Of a DNA stretch of 64,000 nucleotides, positions 1 through 12,077 are shown one piece after another. The position numbers and the translations under genes were made by a program. Origin of the DNA: Tubiluchus corallicola (lineage: Eukaryota; Animalia; Priapulida). The notes below the pieces were generated by a model. It saw only the letters and a program-made list of their open reading frames with translations, was not told where the DNA came from and ran no database searches. The stretch lies in assembly GCA_030141605.1 (NCBI GenBank), contig JAQGDQ010000174.1, positions 62,001-126,000 of the forward strand, given 5' to 3'. The stretch's first letter is position 1. Every line of letters begins with the position of its first letter.

Positions 1-59
1 CACCGCACAAAGTGTGGCGCTGTGTTTCGCAATGTAGACATTAGTCTGTTTAACTGTTC
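1..59 (-). CDS. Myosin II heavy chain coding exon 10 (EQLNRLMSTLRNTAPHFVR, continues beyond window)
   Basis: TTTTTCAG acceptor at 60-61, phase 0; the conserved post-loop-2 motif follows in frame from the exon ending at 636. Confidence 0.9.
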
Positions 60-327
60 CTGAAAAATATTATCCTAACTTATAATTAATTCTAATTGAC
101 ATTTACGCTCATGTTGTGGAAGTTGTAACTGTATATTTTAGGTGCTGCCATCTATTGATTGTCACTTTAACATTTTACTAGTTAAACTCACCCTTAGTAC
201 AATTGCTCGGTCCAGTGAATATTCAAACTCACTGTATCTCCCCTATTTTACTGTAATGGGATATGTGAAGCCAAGTTTCTGCATAGTTCTCTACCTATAT
301 AAACTGGCTAGATTTCACTTACAGCCA

Positions 328-512
328 CTGATTGACTCTCTGTCACGCTCTTAGTGCAGAAGTCATGCTAGTCTTGCTACTGACTGTCTCTCTGTCACGC
401 TCTCAGTGACGTGCAGTCGATCTACTTATGTGACTCTCTGTCACGTTCTCAGTGCAGTGCAGTCGTGCTACACACTGTCTGACTCACACTCTCAGTGCAG
501 TGCAGCAGTCGT
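328..512. repeat. Degenerate intronic tandem repeat (~45-50 bp, ~4 copies)
   Basis: Recurring TGACTCTCTGTCACGCTCTCAGTGCAG variants. Confidence 0.7.
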
Positions 513-635
513 GATCTTCATTTTACTTGTATATTTTATTGTGTATTTAGTATGTTTCAGTTTTTGTGCAGAACACATGTATACCTCTCAGGTCAGCAAG
601 CAGCAATAAATAATGTCGCCTATAGCAACACTTAC

Positions 636-1601
636 TCTGTAAATTGCAGACACCGTCAAGAAACCTGAGCCCTTCTTTCTTTTACCCTTGCCGCCCGTGT
701 CTTCCTCACCCATAGCTTCTAATTTATCCTCAAACAGACTTGCAATAAGAACATTAGTTTTTGATTTGGCAAAAAGCTCGCAGACGGTGTCGTTCAGAGG
801 GTCCTTGTTCTTGTTCAGCCACTGGTCAGTGCTATAATTGACCGTGCCAGCATAATGGACAATTCCGAAATGAGCTTCAGCCTGGTTTCCCTTTGGCGGC
901 TTCGGCTTGATGAAGTTGGGAGACTTGCCAAGGTGGTTATCCATTAATTTTTGAGTCATTGTAGTGTCGGTGGCCTTGGGAAACATGCACTCCTCCTCGA
1001 GGATGGCAAATACACCCATAGGTTTCTCAATTAAATCAATGCAAGCTTGCAGATCTAGACCAAAATCAATAAAGGTCCATTCAATGCTTTCCCGCTTGTA
1101 TTCTTCTTGTTCAAGAACAAACATGTGATGGTTGAAGAACTGCTGTAGTTTCTCGTTGGTAAAGTTTATGCACAGCTGCTCGAAACCATTATAGTCAAAA
1201 ATCTCGAAACCAGCGATGTCCAGCACCCCGATGAAGAACTGCCTCTTCTGTCTGGTGGCCAGGGTCACGTTCACGCGGGAGACTAGCGATTTAAACATAC
1301 GATCGTAAATGGATTTGCCCAGAGCACCAACTGCATACAAAACTTGGTCTTTGTTTTGACCCTTGTTGACAAATTCGTTTCCGACCTTGATGCGTGGTTT
1401 CAGCAAGCCTTTGTACAATTCAGCATCAGATATGCCCATAAGATGCGCTACCTTTTCACCATGTTCAGTACCATCGGCCTCAGCTTGTTCTTCCCTAGCT
1501 CTTTGTTTGAATTGACAGTTCCCAAAGTGCATCACTCCGGCTACCAACTTGTAGATGTTCATTTTTTCCGTATCTTCGAATCCCAAAATATCAAATGCCA
1601 C
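636..1601 (-). CDS. Myosin II heavy chain coding exon 9 (966 nt; switch II, relay helix, loop 2)
   Basis: TTTTAG|GTG acceptor and AGA|GTAAGT donor; encodes [32 protein letters not shown] and [10 protein letters not shown]. Confidence 0.97.
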
Positions 1602-2385
1602 CTAAAATGCACAAAAATAAGCTTTTATATATGTATATATGTATAAATTCTTTATTTGTCATTAAAAATGGCTTACTCATTACAATAAAATTGAGTAATC
1701 CTCAGCGTAATGTTAAAAACAACACTGTTCAAGACAAATGCGTCCAGTGCAGACTAAAAAAACTAAAGTGTAAAACTAAGGCCTAATTATATACAATAAA
1801 TGAACATATTTACAAACAATATTAAAATATTTTTACAAAACAATATTACAAAAAAAAACATTAAATTTTACAAGACATATTTTACACTATATGTACATTT
1901 AACATGACACAATTAAAAGAAACATGTTTTACATTACATAATTTTTTTTTAGTTTTACATTTTAATCGTTTTATGGAGTTAGGGGCGGGGGTAGATGAAA
2001 ATTGAGTCTGTGTAATTAGTATCAGATGCACAATGTGGAAGTTGAAACCTGTTATATTGATATTCTTTTAATTTCTTTTTAAAAGTGATTAAAAATCAAT
2101 TACTCAATTACTCAATTAATCAATTACTCAAAATTAATCAATCAGTTATTTCTTTTTCTTTTTTTCACTTAAATCTATAAGATTTAATGTTCATACGAAT
2201 TAACTGCCAAGTAATTTCGGCACAAATCGTTTTCGATAAAAAGTTTACCGTTTACCGAGTAAAGGAAATGCGAAAACATTTAAAGTGAAGCTAGATTTGT
2301 ACTAAGAACATTGGATTGCAAGTCTTTGATCACTCCCAACCTTTTCCACTGCCGCATTTAGGTACAAGATAAACAATTATGGCCT

Positions 2386-2824
2386 TTAAAGAGAATCAAA
2401 AATAAACTGAGAGCCATCATTTTTCAAGAAAAATTGTCTGAACTTAGTGTCATGTGCATAGGAAGCGATATGTTGCGTAGCGTATCTTTTGAGGACATAA
2501 TCAATGATTTTGCTTCTGCAAAATCAAGAAAGAAATGCCTTAAATTATAACTTATAGGCATATCTGATAGAATTTTTTTAATGTTGCAAACAAATTCTTT
2601 ATTACATTCAGTAAACAAGTATTCACGAAATGTTTGTTTCTATGTCACGCTGTATATTATAAACTAATTAATTTGTAATCAGTAAGTGAATTCATTTGAA
2701 AATAACTATATTGTTCACTTTGCTATTAAATAGTCAAAAGGCATATATATATATATATATATATATTTCTGAGACCAGTTGATGTATTTAAAAGGGGACC
2801 TCACCAAGCCTAAATCCGCCACAG
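2386..2824 (+). mobile_element. Decayed hAT transposon 3' remnant (C-terminal dimerisation domain)
   Basis: 2386-2550 translates as LKRIKNKLRAIIFQEKLSELSVMCIGSDMLRSVSFEDIINDFASAKSRKK, a typical hAT/ZMYM1-like C-terminus; hAT-like end AAATCCGCCACAG near 2812-2824. Confidence 0.75.
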
Positions 2825-3015
2825 ACAAATTCACACATGGTAGTTTTTATTCTAGATGCATCTAGTTTCAAAAATTTGATGATTCCGGGTTCGTTCAATC
2901 GCTAACGGTTAACCTTCATAATTATTAAGACTAATAAAAGAATCGGTAGATTATTTTCATTTTACTGCATATGTTACAACAAACATTCAGAATGCAATAG
3001 ATCAATTCTACTTAC

Positions 3016-3119
3016 ATCCGTGTTCCTTAGCTCTTCTGCATCATCTACTCCATCAACGTGAAGCGTACCGCGACTTGTAAAATAATACTCTTTTGAGCTA
3101 CCCTTTAGTAGAAGTTTTT
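3016..3119 (-). CDS. Myosin II heavy chain coding exon 8 (104 nt)
   Basis: TTGCAG acceptor and GTAAGT donor; KLLLKGSSKEYYFTSRGTLHVDGVDDAEELRNTD; phases match both neighbours. Confidence 0.95.
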
Positions 3120-3573
3120 CTGCAAGAAGCGGGAAACGATTTTTATTCTTATGCTTGTCCTATCACTAGGCTACTTATACAAGCATAAATGTGAGTTATG
3201 AAACTAAAATCTGTCTGCATTGGCCATTTAAAAAGTTATAAATTATAAGCAGGAAAGTGCGTTTTCAATGAATACAGTAAATAAAAGACAGTCAACACGA
3301 GACCCCGAGTTTTAGGTCTATAATAATTTAGACAGTTTTATTTCCGAAACATTAATTATGGCAGCTAAACTACATGACAAATAAAAAATCCCTTTGACGA
3401 GTGCCAAATGTAGCAGACTCACTGGAATGTACTACTAAGCTAATTTTGGTATACTCAAATGACGAATTCTTAACGTACGCAGATCACAAAATCCCAGTGT
3501 TTGCGTGTTCGCTACGTTTGGTTTTTCGCAGTCGTTTAGATCTCATTTTTATTATTTCTAGAAAATAGTTTAC

Positions 3574-3672
3574 CTTTCAAGCCGGGTATGCCGTCTGAAG
3601 TTATCTGGTAAAAGATATGATAACTTCTTTCTAATGACTGCTGATATATCACACGGGATTTTTCAAGCAAAT
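3574..3672 (-). CDS. Myosin II heavy chain coding exon 7 (99 nt)
   Basis: TTTCAG acceptor and GTAAAC donor; [23 protein letters not shown]. Confidence 0.96.
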
Positions 3673-3718
3673 CTGAAAAATACTTTTCTTTTTACCGAAT
3701 CGTTTTAGTATAGGCTAA

Positions 3719-3869
3719 TGGCGCGTTCAGACGTAGAGACTTCTCTCGCAACTTGTTGCGCAACTTCGCTCTGAGAGAAGTTGCCAAGTCGTTCATACGT
3801 TGCAACTTTACTCTCAGAGAGATGTTGCGCAACAAGTTGCAAGAGAAGTTTCTACATCTGAACTCGCCA
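3719..3869. mobile_element. Palindromic MITE, PIF/Harbinger (Tourist)-like
   Basis: ~46-bp near-perfect terminal inverted repeats (TGGCGCGTTCAGACGTAGAGACTTCTC... / ...GAGAAGTTTCTACATCTGAACTCGCCA) flanked by TAA at 3716-3718 and 3870-3872. Confidence 0.85.
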
Positions 3870-4728
3870 TAAGATATTTTGATGTCAAAGAGCGAGACTA
3901 TTATTATATATATTAATAAGCATCCTATTAAGAATTACAGCAGCAAATCGTATCATTAATGAAGATAATTGTGCCCTTAAAATTGGACGAGGGAAATTTT
4001 ATTTAAAGTCTAGAAAGTAAATCATGAACTCGCGCTATAGCTTTTAACTGTCTCCTGATATGAAGTAGACAAAATGACAATACTCAATAACATCTAAACA
4101 ATTATTTGAATTTTGAATTCTGACCACACAACATTCATGATCTACAGTATCACGTATAAATGTAAATCGATATATGCTCAAAGTTTAGTTTATTTCCCTG
4201 TTCTATATATTCTAAGTTTTGTTTAATTACTTTAACTTCTCTGTACTCGAATTTTCGCTGCTTCAGTTTATTGCCTGTATTTGAAAATCCATATAGGCTT
4301 TATGTAGGTATCAAGCCCAAAATTCTTGTTTCAATTAACTTACGCTTTAAGCAATTTTGCCATTTTTATTCGAGTTTTTTAGAACTTACTCGAAACATTT
4401 GTAAAATATTTTCGATAATTTTTTTCATATGTATTTGTTCCGAAATATACGTATATGGGAGTGTGATGTATCACTGCTTGATTACTGTAACTTATGGAGA
4501 ACGCTAACAATAAAATGTTTATTGCATAACATTTAAAAACACAAAAAAAAACATTTAAAAATAAATTTTCAAGCCAAAATTTACATACAAGGATTTACAG
4601 AGCTTTACTCTGATTCGAAAAGAATCAAGAAGTTGCTTTAAGCTGAGCGAAATCAATTTAAATGAAAAGATAATACTATTTCATTATTTCACACAAGAAT
4701 CACCAGCTGCAGCTATGTTCTTACTTAC

Positions 4729-4792
4729 AAGACTCAATGTCAGCACCAGCTAGTTTACCATTTGGTCCGAAGTAAATTCGTATGAACTTTCC
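4729..4792 (-). CDS. Myosin II heavy chain coding exon 6 (64 nt)
   Basis: TTTAG acceptor and GTAAGT donor; GKFIRIYFGPNGKLAGADIES. Confidence 0.96.
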
Positions 4793-5500
4793 CTAAAGAA
4801 TAACAATCTATTCTAAAATTAGTGCACAAACGGCGTGGAAATGACAAAATATGCATGTTTTATAATATAAGAATATTATAAAAATATAAGAATATGTGCA
4901 TATTATAAGAATTGCAATTTTCAAACTTAAGCAAGCCGCTCTGGAGAGTAAGATTTCCCATTCATGGTGTTTGGCTCGCCTACTGAGTACTGAAAGACAG
5001 AAAAAGAGACGAATATACGAGGGGAAAACAGGGTACGCGGCAGGACATTCATTTTCACTCAGTTCTTTCAGTGTAATGTATAGCTAACAGGTCTGGTATT
5101 CTTAACTTGAAACTTCCGGTGCCAGTTGACTTTTTGGAGGTGAATAAAAATTGGAGACCTATAGATCCTGCAAAACACATTAAAACTGTGACAGATACCC
5201 AGAAAAGTGTTATATTACTTAGTCTATATCTCTTTTACTCCTATATCTTTTACTCAAAACGCACAAAATATGTTTCAATTAATTTAAATATCAATTATTA
5301 TTTAATAATTAATTTAAATTTTTTTATTAAGTAAACAATTTTTAGAATTATTTGATTCGAGTTTATTGATCCGGTTTGATTAATACTCATTTTCACGAGG
5401 ACAGCATTTTTGTTGATGTCGTGGACATTTGTACGACTCTTAGACAACTTATCACAGTTTTTTGAAAAATTTTAATTAAAACTTGATGAACTGAACTCAC

Positions 5501-5593
5501 GAAACGAGATGAATTGTCGTTTCTACGTGTTTTTGCGTTTCCGAAGCTTTCCAGCACTGGATTAGCTTGAACAATCTGATCCTCCAAGGTTCC
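5501..5593 (-). CDS. Myosin II heavy chain coding exon 5 (93 nt; switch I)
   Basis: TTTTCAG acceptor and GTGAGT donor; [31 protein letters not shown]. Confidence 0.97.
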
Positions 5594-5639
5594 CTGAAAA
5601 ACATCAAACAATCCCAACAGATCAGTCCAAATTCAGTGT

Positions 5640-5975
5640 TTGACTTACTACTCAGTTCCACACTTTGTAAAGCAACTCTGGTTCCAGCCTGCTGCCTGGA
5701 CCTTTTGAATGTAGATGGTCTTGTGGCGAGACCAAAATCTTTCTTATTGTGAAGGATTATCCGCTGAAATACTCATCAACCCAGCAGCAGAGATGGTAGA
5801 GCCACATTTGGATGGATGTACATACATCCCCTTTTAACGAGCTAAATAGCCAAGAGAAGTATATCTGGGAAAATCGTTTAGAAGCAGTTTCCCTAACGAT
5901 CACCCACCTACTTACTGACCAGGACAGGTGCTGCTTAACCTTGTAGCCAAGCACATGTTGTTGCCATTGGGTTAT
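5640..5975 (-). mobile_element. Probable 5S-rRNA-derived SINE remnant
   Basis: 5883-5943 resembles the reverse complement of the 5S internal control region (compare GGTCTCCCATCCAAGTACTAACCAGGCCCGACCCTGCTTAGCTT); GC-richer than flanks; boundaries approximate. Confidence 0.45.
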
Positions 5976-7610
5976 TTTAGCTTAATGAAGTCTAGATAAA
6001 TAGACTTTTGTCCATAGTTTACATACAGTTTTGTTAATATGAGGCTTAATTAAACAAATTGTGCAAAGATGATAAAAATTATCACGTGAAACAACTTGCA
6101 TTTTAATATAGGCCTAGAAAAGAAGATAACTCTGGTTAATAAAATGAGCTATTTGTGTATTCTGTACGTATTTAGAAAGAGTCCAGACACTAGGCAATAA
6201 AAATGGGAAGAAATGTAATTACTAGCTGACGATAAAACAAATAAATAAACAAATAAATGAATAAAAATAGTTGAAAGATTTGTTACTGATAATGGCAAAA
6301 AGCAGGCGATGTATACGTAGACCGATGAGTGAACAGTTTGATTATTATTTGAACCAAAGTTTGCAATAAAATACGTGGCTCACTTTAGTAAAAACCTGTA
6401 TTTCATGAAAAAACTTTCCAAGCACACACACATGGACTTCAAAAAGGTAACAAAGCTCTGAAAAAATTCCACACACACACACAAATAGATACTCTCTACG
6501 CGGAATCTAATTTGGATAGACGTATGTACATGCAATTGACAGCTAATGCGGCATGTGGAAGAGCATCACACTGTACTACAAAAACAGCGGGTAAAGGACT
6601 CGAAAGTATGCACATAATTGTGGCTTAAAAATTGCTGTAACTCACACTCACATACAGAAACACATGCAAACAAGAAAAACATCTAATGTGCTACCAGAAG
6701 TTAACCGTATGACACACAACATCGTATTAAACATGAAATTCAAACGCGTGCAAGATAGCGTAACCAGGCTCTGCAATCAGGGTACAAGGAATTTTCCTGA
6801 AAGATTTCATACCAAAACAACAAAAATCCACTGCAAATTACATTACCCATTTGAGTTTCTCCCTACTTGATGGATTCCCTGAATCGCTATAATTATTAGA
6901 AAAACAAGAGTGCTTATACACACAGGCAAGTTGAAAATTCATAGTTTTAATTCTATCCAGTTTGCTTGGAGTGATGCATAAGCTTGCGAAAAACTATTAT
7001 CCGAATATGATTTAAAGAAGTAACGTAGCCATAGTAAGTCATTTAACTTTTGACAGATCATGTATCTACATCTGATTCTGTAGCTCTCGGTTACAGAAAT
7101 TAATAAAAAAGTCAAACTTAAATGTTAACTTATGCTTAAATATGAAACAAATACAATTAAACATAAATGTAAAATTATAATTACAAAATCAATGTTTTGA
7201 TTGACATCTTTTGCGTTTCATTAAAACACTAATAAACCAATACATATAAAAACGACACAAAGGATAGAGAATGTATATTTAAAGATATAATATTTCGATT
7301 CCCGTATCGGGAGACATCGTTAGATTTTGATAAAAACATCTCTGTTATCAATATCTGGTATCTGTTATCAAATTATTGTCTTTACAGATCTATATGCAAT
7401 CTTTATCTCTTATGGCGTTTATTGTTTATTAAATACAAAATTATCAATGATAGTAATATGTTTTGAAAAGTTGCTAAAGTAATAAGCGATATATAATTGC
7501 AAACCAAAGTTTTGAAGTGACATAAATGTGAAATTAAATTATAAAATACCAAGGTGATCACATTTTAAATCATCTCAGATTAAGAGCTGTTAGCTATCAG
7601 TCTTACTTAC

Positions 7611-7741
7611 TCCTTTCGTGCCAAAAGTTTGTTTCATTTGGCCTGCAGCAATAAGAGCAAAGTATTGTATGACCTTCTTGGTGTTTTCTGTTTTACCTGC
7701 ACCAGATTCACCGGTAATTAACATGGACTGATCTTCACGGT
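7611..7741 (-). CDS. Myosin II heavy chain coding exon 4 (131 nt; P-loop, loop 1)
   Basis: CATTAG acceptor and GTAAGT donor; [28 protein letters not shown]. Confidence 0.97.
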
Positions 7742-8584
7742 CTAATGAGCAAAAAAAGAAGGTAAACAACTAATAAATATACCAGCTATTTTCATTCTAA
7801 AGTAAATTGACATAATTTTAATCAAGATTAAATTAGATTAAATTAAATTACAATCAACCATATCAACCATTTAAACATTTTCATTATATAGGTTGTTGCA
7901 GTAGTTCCGTTGCAACTGTGTAAAGTTGTAGTTACTAATTTAGTCAGAAGATGGCGCAACGGTCTAATCTTGAGGATTGGTTACATCACAGAGCATTCGG
8001 TTCTTTAACTGATTTCGAATTAAGTAAGTTTGAGTTGCAGTTAAAAGTATTTCTACAAATTCGCTGTTAAAAATAGAGCTTCGTACTAGCTTCATTAGAA
8101 TAGATAAGCTTTAGTTTACTTACCTGTGTACATAGGTATTATTAATAAATAATGCACTCACATATTTTTTCTTTTCTAGCTCGTTTAAATTATTAAGCAT
8201 TGTGCTTACTCAAACGCCTATATGTAAGTGTATGTATTTTGAATCAGGAAATTAGCGTTTATTACTCATCAGCATGTCTGGAAGACAATTATCGTAACTA
8301 CAAGGAGCATTGCATTTATTCAATGAAGCATTGTACTTATTCGTACACGCTAACATGTCTGCGTAAGTCAGTCCAGAAACCGCAATGCTCTGTGCTCAAT
8401 TCCTAACTGACTCATAATTTTTCATCGCCTCCTGCAATAAATTAGCTGTTTGGCTAATAGTTTGCAAGCGTGATGTCTTTTTTAATGTGTGCATCATAAG
8501 TAGTGAAACACAGTACTTACTTAGTAGCGTGAGTATACGTTAGCATTTGTAATATTATAATTAAGTAAAAAACATGTTACTTAC

Positions 8585-8741
8585 TCATCAACATGTCTGT
8601 ATAAGCATTGTCAGCAATGGAGAATAAGTGGGGAGGCATCTCAGGACGTCGTTTCCCTTTATACGCTTGCACCACTTCCGGATTGTAAATTGGGAGCCTC
8701 TTGTACGGATTGATTACGACGCAGAATAAGCCAGAGTACGT
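8585..8741 (-). CDS. Myosin II heavy chain coding exon 3 (157 nt)
   Basis: AAG acceptor and GTAAGT donor; [19 protein letters not shown]...[17 protein letters not shown]. Confidence 0.96.
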
Positions 8742-9079
8742 CTTCATAAAAAATCGTTAATTATTATAGAAAACAACGCAAGGTGCTGAGAAATAAACAA
8801 ACAAGAGATAACAGCGAAATTTTTAAATAATTAGGCAATGTTGTTGGTATAATATATAATAATCATATTTAACACAAAGCAGTTGCAATGTATTCAGTCA
8901 TATTTTGCATTGAAAAACAAAATTAGACCATCCTACGACGTTCCACCACAATGGTCCGCAAGTCAAAAGAGAGTCTTGCACTTGTTACAATTGCAAGCAG
9001 TTGTTCGATGTTTTCGTCTGGTGGAGAAAGCGAAATGAAATAAAGAGTGCAAGAGACCGGAGTAAAAAGAAATAATCAA

Positions 9080-9106
9080 GGGAGGAGGAGGAGGAGGCGG
9101 AGGGCG

Positions 9107-9172
<66 letters not shown>
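9080..9172. repeat. (GGA)n/(GA)n microsatellite
   Basis: Direct inspection. Confidence 0.95.
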
Positions 9173-9177
<5 letters not shown>

Positions 9178-10199
9178 ATGGGTTCAAACTGGGCAATTTG
9201 AGCTGGAAATTAACACGAACTTAATACCTTAATACCTTACAGCTTTAGGTTGTGAACAGAAAGTAATTAAAGTACTTGTGGTGTACTACGAGTGCGCCTA
9301 TTGATATGCATTCTTACGTCAGTTATTCACTCCGAAAACACGACAAGCACCGGGACTGCGTAACTTTTGACGTGTCGTCTGAATTTATAAAATTAATTTA
9401 CAAATGTTGCTCTGGCAAAATTTATTGTATCAAACGAAATATGGCATTTCACGTAAGTCAGCAATAACAAATCTTCAGTTTTAGAAAATGAACGTGACGC
9501 ATTCTTGTTGCTTGGATAGCGACACAATTCAACTGCATTTCGTAGGGCGTTTCATTGAACAAATCATTAAGTCACTACGTATTAATGAATATGATCGCTG
9601 TTAATGCAAATATGCCCAGGTAAAGCATTAACACCTGCTATGTTCACTAATAATCAGTGCCTTAATTTGTTTTTTCTGCAATGACCGTGTAAACAGCACG
9701 TGAAATCCTATACTATGCCCTCTGTGCACTATAGAAAGTTTTCAAAATCCGATAGCTAGGTTTAAATAAATTGTATTCCAGTTTTAAACAAAACTGTGAC
9801 GTACTTATTCTTTTCTAAAGTTATGAAATCTCGAATGCGAAATCATAAGCCAATGTTTCAACTTTTGCTTATGTTTCCTTATATTCATGCTTTCAGCGTG
9901 TCAGGACTTTTGGATGAGAGTTTCTTCGGAAAGTAATCCCAGACGTGATCCAGGCACAATAAAAGAAAATTGCCAGGATGCAATAAAACGTTGGCTTTTC
10001 CTGTTTTTGCCATTCGAGTCTTTACAAATTCCACTTCCACATCTCGAGAAACTTCAACACATTTGCTAAGCGCAATGACAGCAACAGCTAAAACGTGACC
10101 TGCTGAAAGTAGCACATTTTTTTGCGTGGAGAAATACAGTGCCTTCAATAGTTACAAAACTATTAAACATCACCACTCAACCACTTACGACATTCTCAA

Positions 10200-10443
10200 T
10201 CAACAGTCATCATTATCGTCTTCCTTGTCGCCGTCATCATTACTGTTGCAATCGTCGTCGTCGTCGTCGCTCCTTGTTGTTATCACCATTAATTTCACAA
10301 TCATTGCTCCCGTCATGGTCATCGTCGCCGCCATCATCATATTATCGTCGTCATCATTATTTTTATCACGTATCGTCATCATTATCGTCATTCTCATCAT
10401 CATCATCATCATCAAAACCATCTTCGCCTCATCCTCAGCATAG

Positions 10444-10537
<94 letters not shown>

Positions 10538-10562
10538 TAACATTATTATCGTTATATCATCA
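10200..10562. repeat. (CAT)n microsatellite with degenerate CAT/CGT flanks
   Basis: Perfect core at about 10444-10536; explains the poly-His ORF. Confidence 0.95.
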
Positions 10563-11657
10563 ACCTAGTCATTTTATCTAGCCTTTTACGTCTTCTGCCT
10601 CCTACTTTGTCAGCCTTTACTATCTGTCTGTAGGTCTGCTTGTCTGTCTGTCTGTCCGTTTGTCTGTCTGTCTTGTCTCTCTTTCACTCACTCTCTCTCC
10701 TCTCTTTATTTCTGTCTCTCTCCTTTCTTTATTTCTGACTCTCTGTTCTCTTTTTCTCTCATACTCACCTTCTCTTGTCTTCTTTTTCTTTCGATATTTT
10801 TCGTGTCCCCTCCACCCCCTTCATTTTATTTTTCTTTATTTATATTTTCTGTGTTCTCAATTAGATACACAACAGAACGCCTTATGTTCAGAATTTGACT
10901 GCTTCTCAAAAGGCTGCCTATTATATAATTATAATTTTTTTATTTTTTTCCTCAATTTGCGGGAATAAACAATCAGCAGTTTTAGTCATACACATACACA
11001 GTTAATATAAAATTCCAATATATCGCAAATAGACAAAAACAGGATATCACACCATTAACAACACATAAGCTTTGGAATTCTCGATATTCACTATATGCCA
11101 GGGTTTTGCAATTAAATATAAAAGAGTTTACGTGAAACAACAATATTAAATAGCTAAGTATCTTTATAGCTATTTGTGTTCTGTACAAAGAGATATATTT
11201 CATCATTAACTAAATAATTTCAGCATGGCAAAAGCCCATTATAAATGCTTTTTCATAACATCTGTAAACGCACTGATACTTCTGGATTTCTATGAGTATA
11301 GATTCTATGTTATTGGATCTTTTATGCGATCTAGTGACAAGTACCGGCATTGTATGTGGAATGTGGGTAGAATAAAACGTTTTATCCACATAATGCCGAT
11401 TAAGAATAAGTTTGGATTTTGCACTCGTCATTCAAATCCAGTTGGATTTTTTTTTCGTTATTTGCTAAATTTATGTAAGTTTTCCCCGCTAGTGACACAA
11501 CTACGCAACGTGTGAAAACCGGAAAGTTTCTGAGTTCTTTGTTTTTCTTTTTTTCGTTTTTTCGTTAATCACCACATGAATATCAGCATGTGACGTTCGT
11601 TGTCACTACAGTCCCAGTGCGTATTCCTTCCAAACTTTATCATAAGTCAGAACTTAC

Positions 11658-11801
11658 ATAAATCATCCAGGCGTAGTATCTTTGTTTCAAATTGTGAAGT
11701 ACAGAGGCATCGTTGAGGTATGTCAAGTTTGCCATGTCCTCCACTTTTTCAAACTTTGGAGGATTAGCTTGTTGTATCAAATCTTTTTTCATCGTGACTT
11801 C
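11658..11801 (-). CDS. Myosin II heavy chain coding exon 2 (144 nt)
   Basis: TTTTGCAG acceptor and GTAAGT donor; [42 protein letters not shown]. Confidence 0.97.
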
Positions 11802-11861
11802 CTGCAAAACAATAAAAATATCATAATATACAATAACCGTACCAAAACCATAAATATAATA

Positions 11862-12077
11862 AGATATGATATGATATGATATGATATGATATGACATGAC
11901 ATGACATGACACGACACGACACGGCAGGACACGACACGACACGACACGACACGACACGACACGACACAACACAACACAACATAACACAACACAACACAAT
12001 ACAATACAATACAATACAATACAATACAATACAATACAATACAATACAATACAATACAATACAATACAATATAATAT
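11862..12077. repeat. Compound pentanucleotide microsatellite
   Basis: Consecutive blocks GATAT, GACAT, GACAC, CAACA, CAATA. Confidence 0.95.

Noticed and set aside
6760-6900. Possible alternative loop-1 microexons between myosin exons 4 and 5
   Set aside because: The AG/GT-bounded candidates are 11, 16, 32 or 40 nt (frameshifting), or encode an implausible hydrophobic WIFVVL.
8938-9018. 81-nt AG/GT-bounded segment in myosin intron (ENIEQLLAIVTSARLSFDLRTIVVER)
   Set aside because: Open in phase 1, but the intron is phase 0, where it contains a stop; weak donor and no recognisable homology.
9885-10148. Overlapping short ORFs in myosin intron
   Set aside because: No recognisable domain and no consistent splice or start context.
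10126-10540. Poly-His, poly-Ser and poly-Ile ORFs, and similar low-complexity ORFs at 11.8, 16.5, 22.1, 32.1, 36.1 and 47.5 kb
   Set aside because: Translations of microsatellites.
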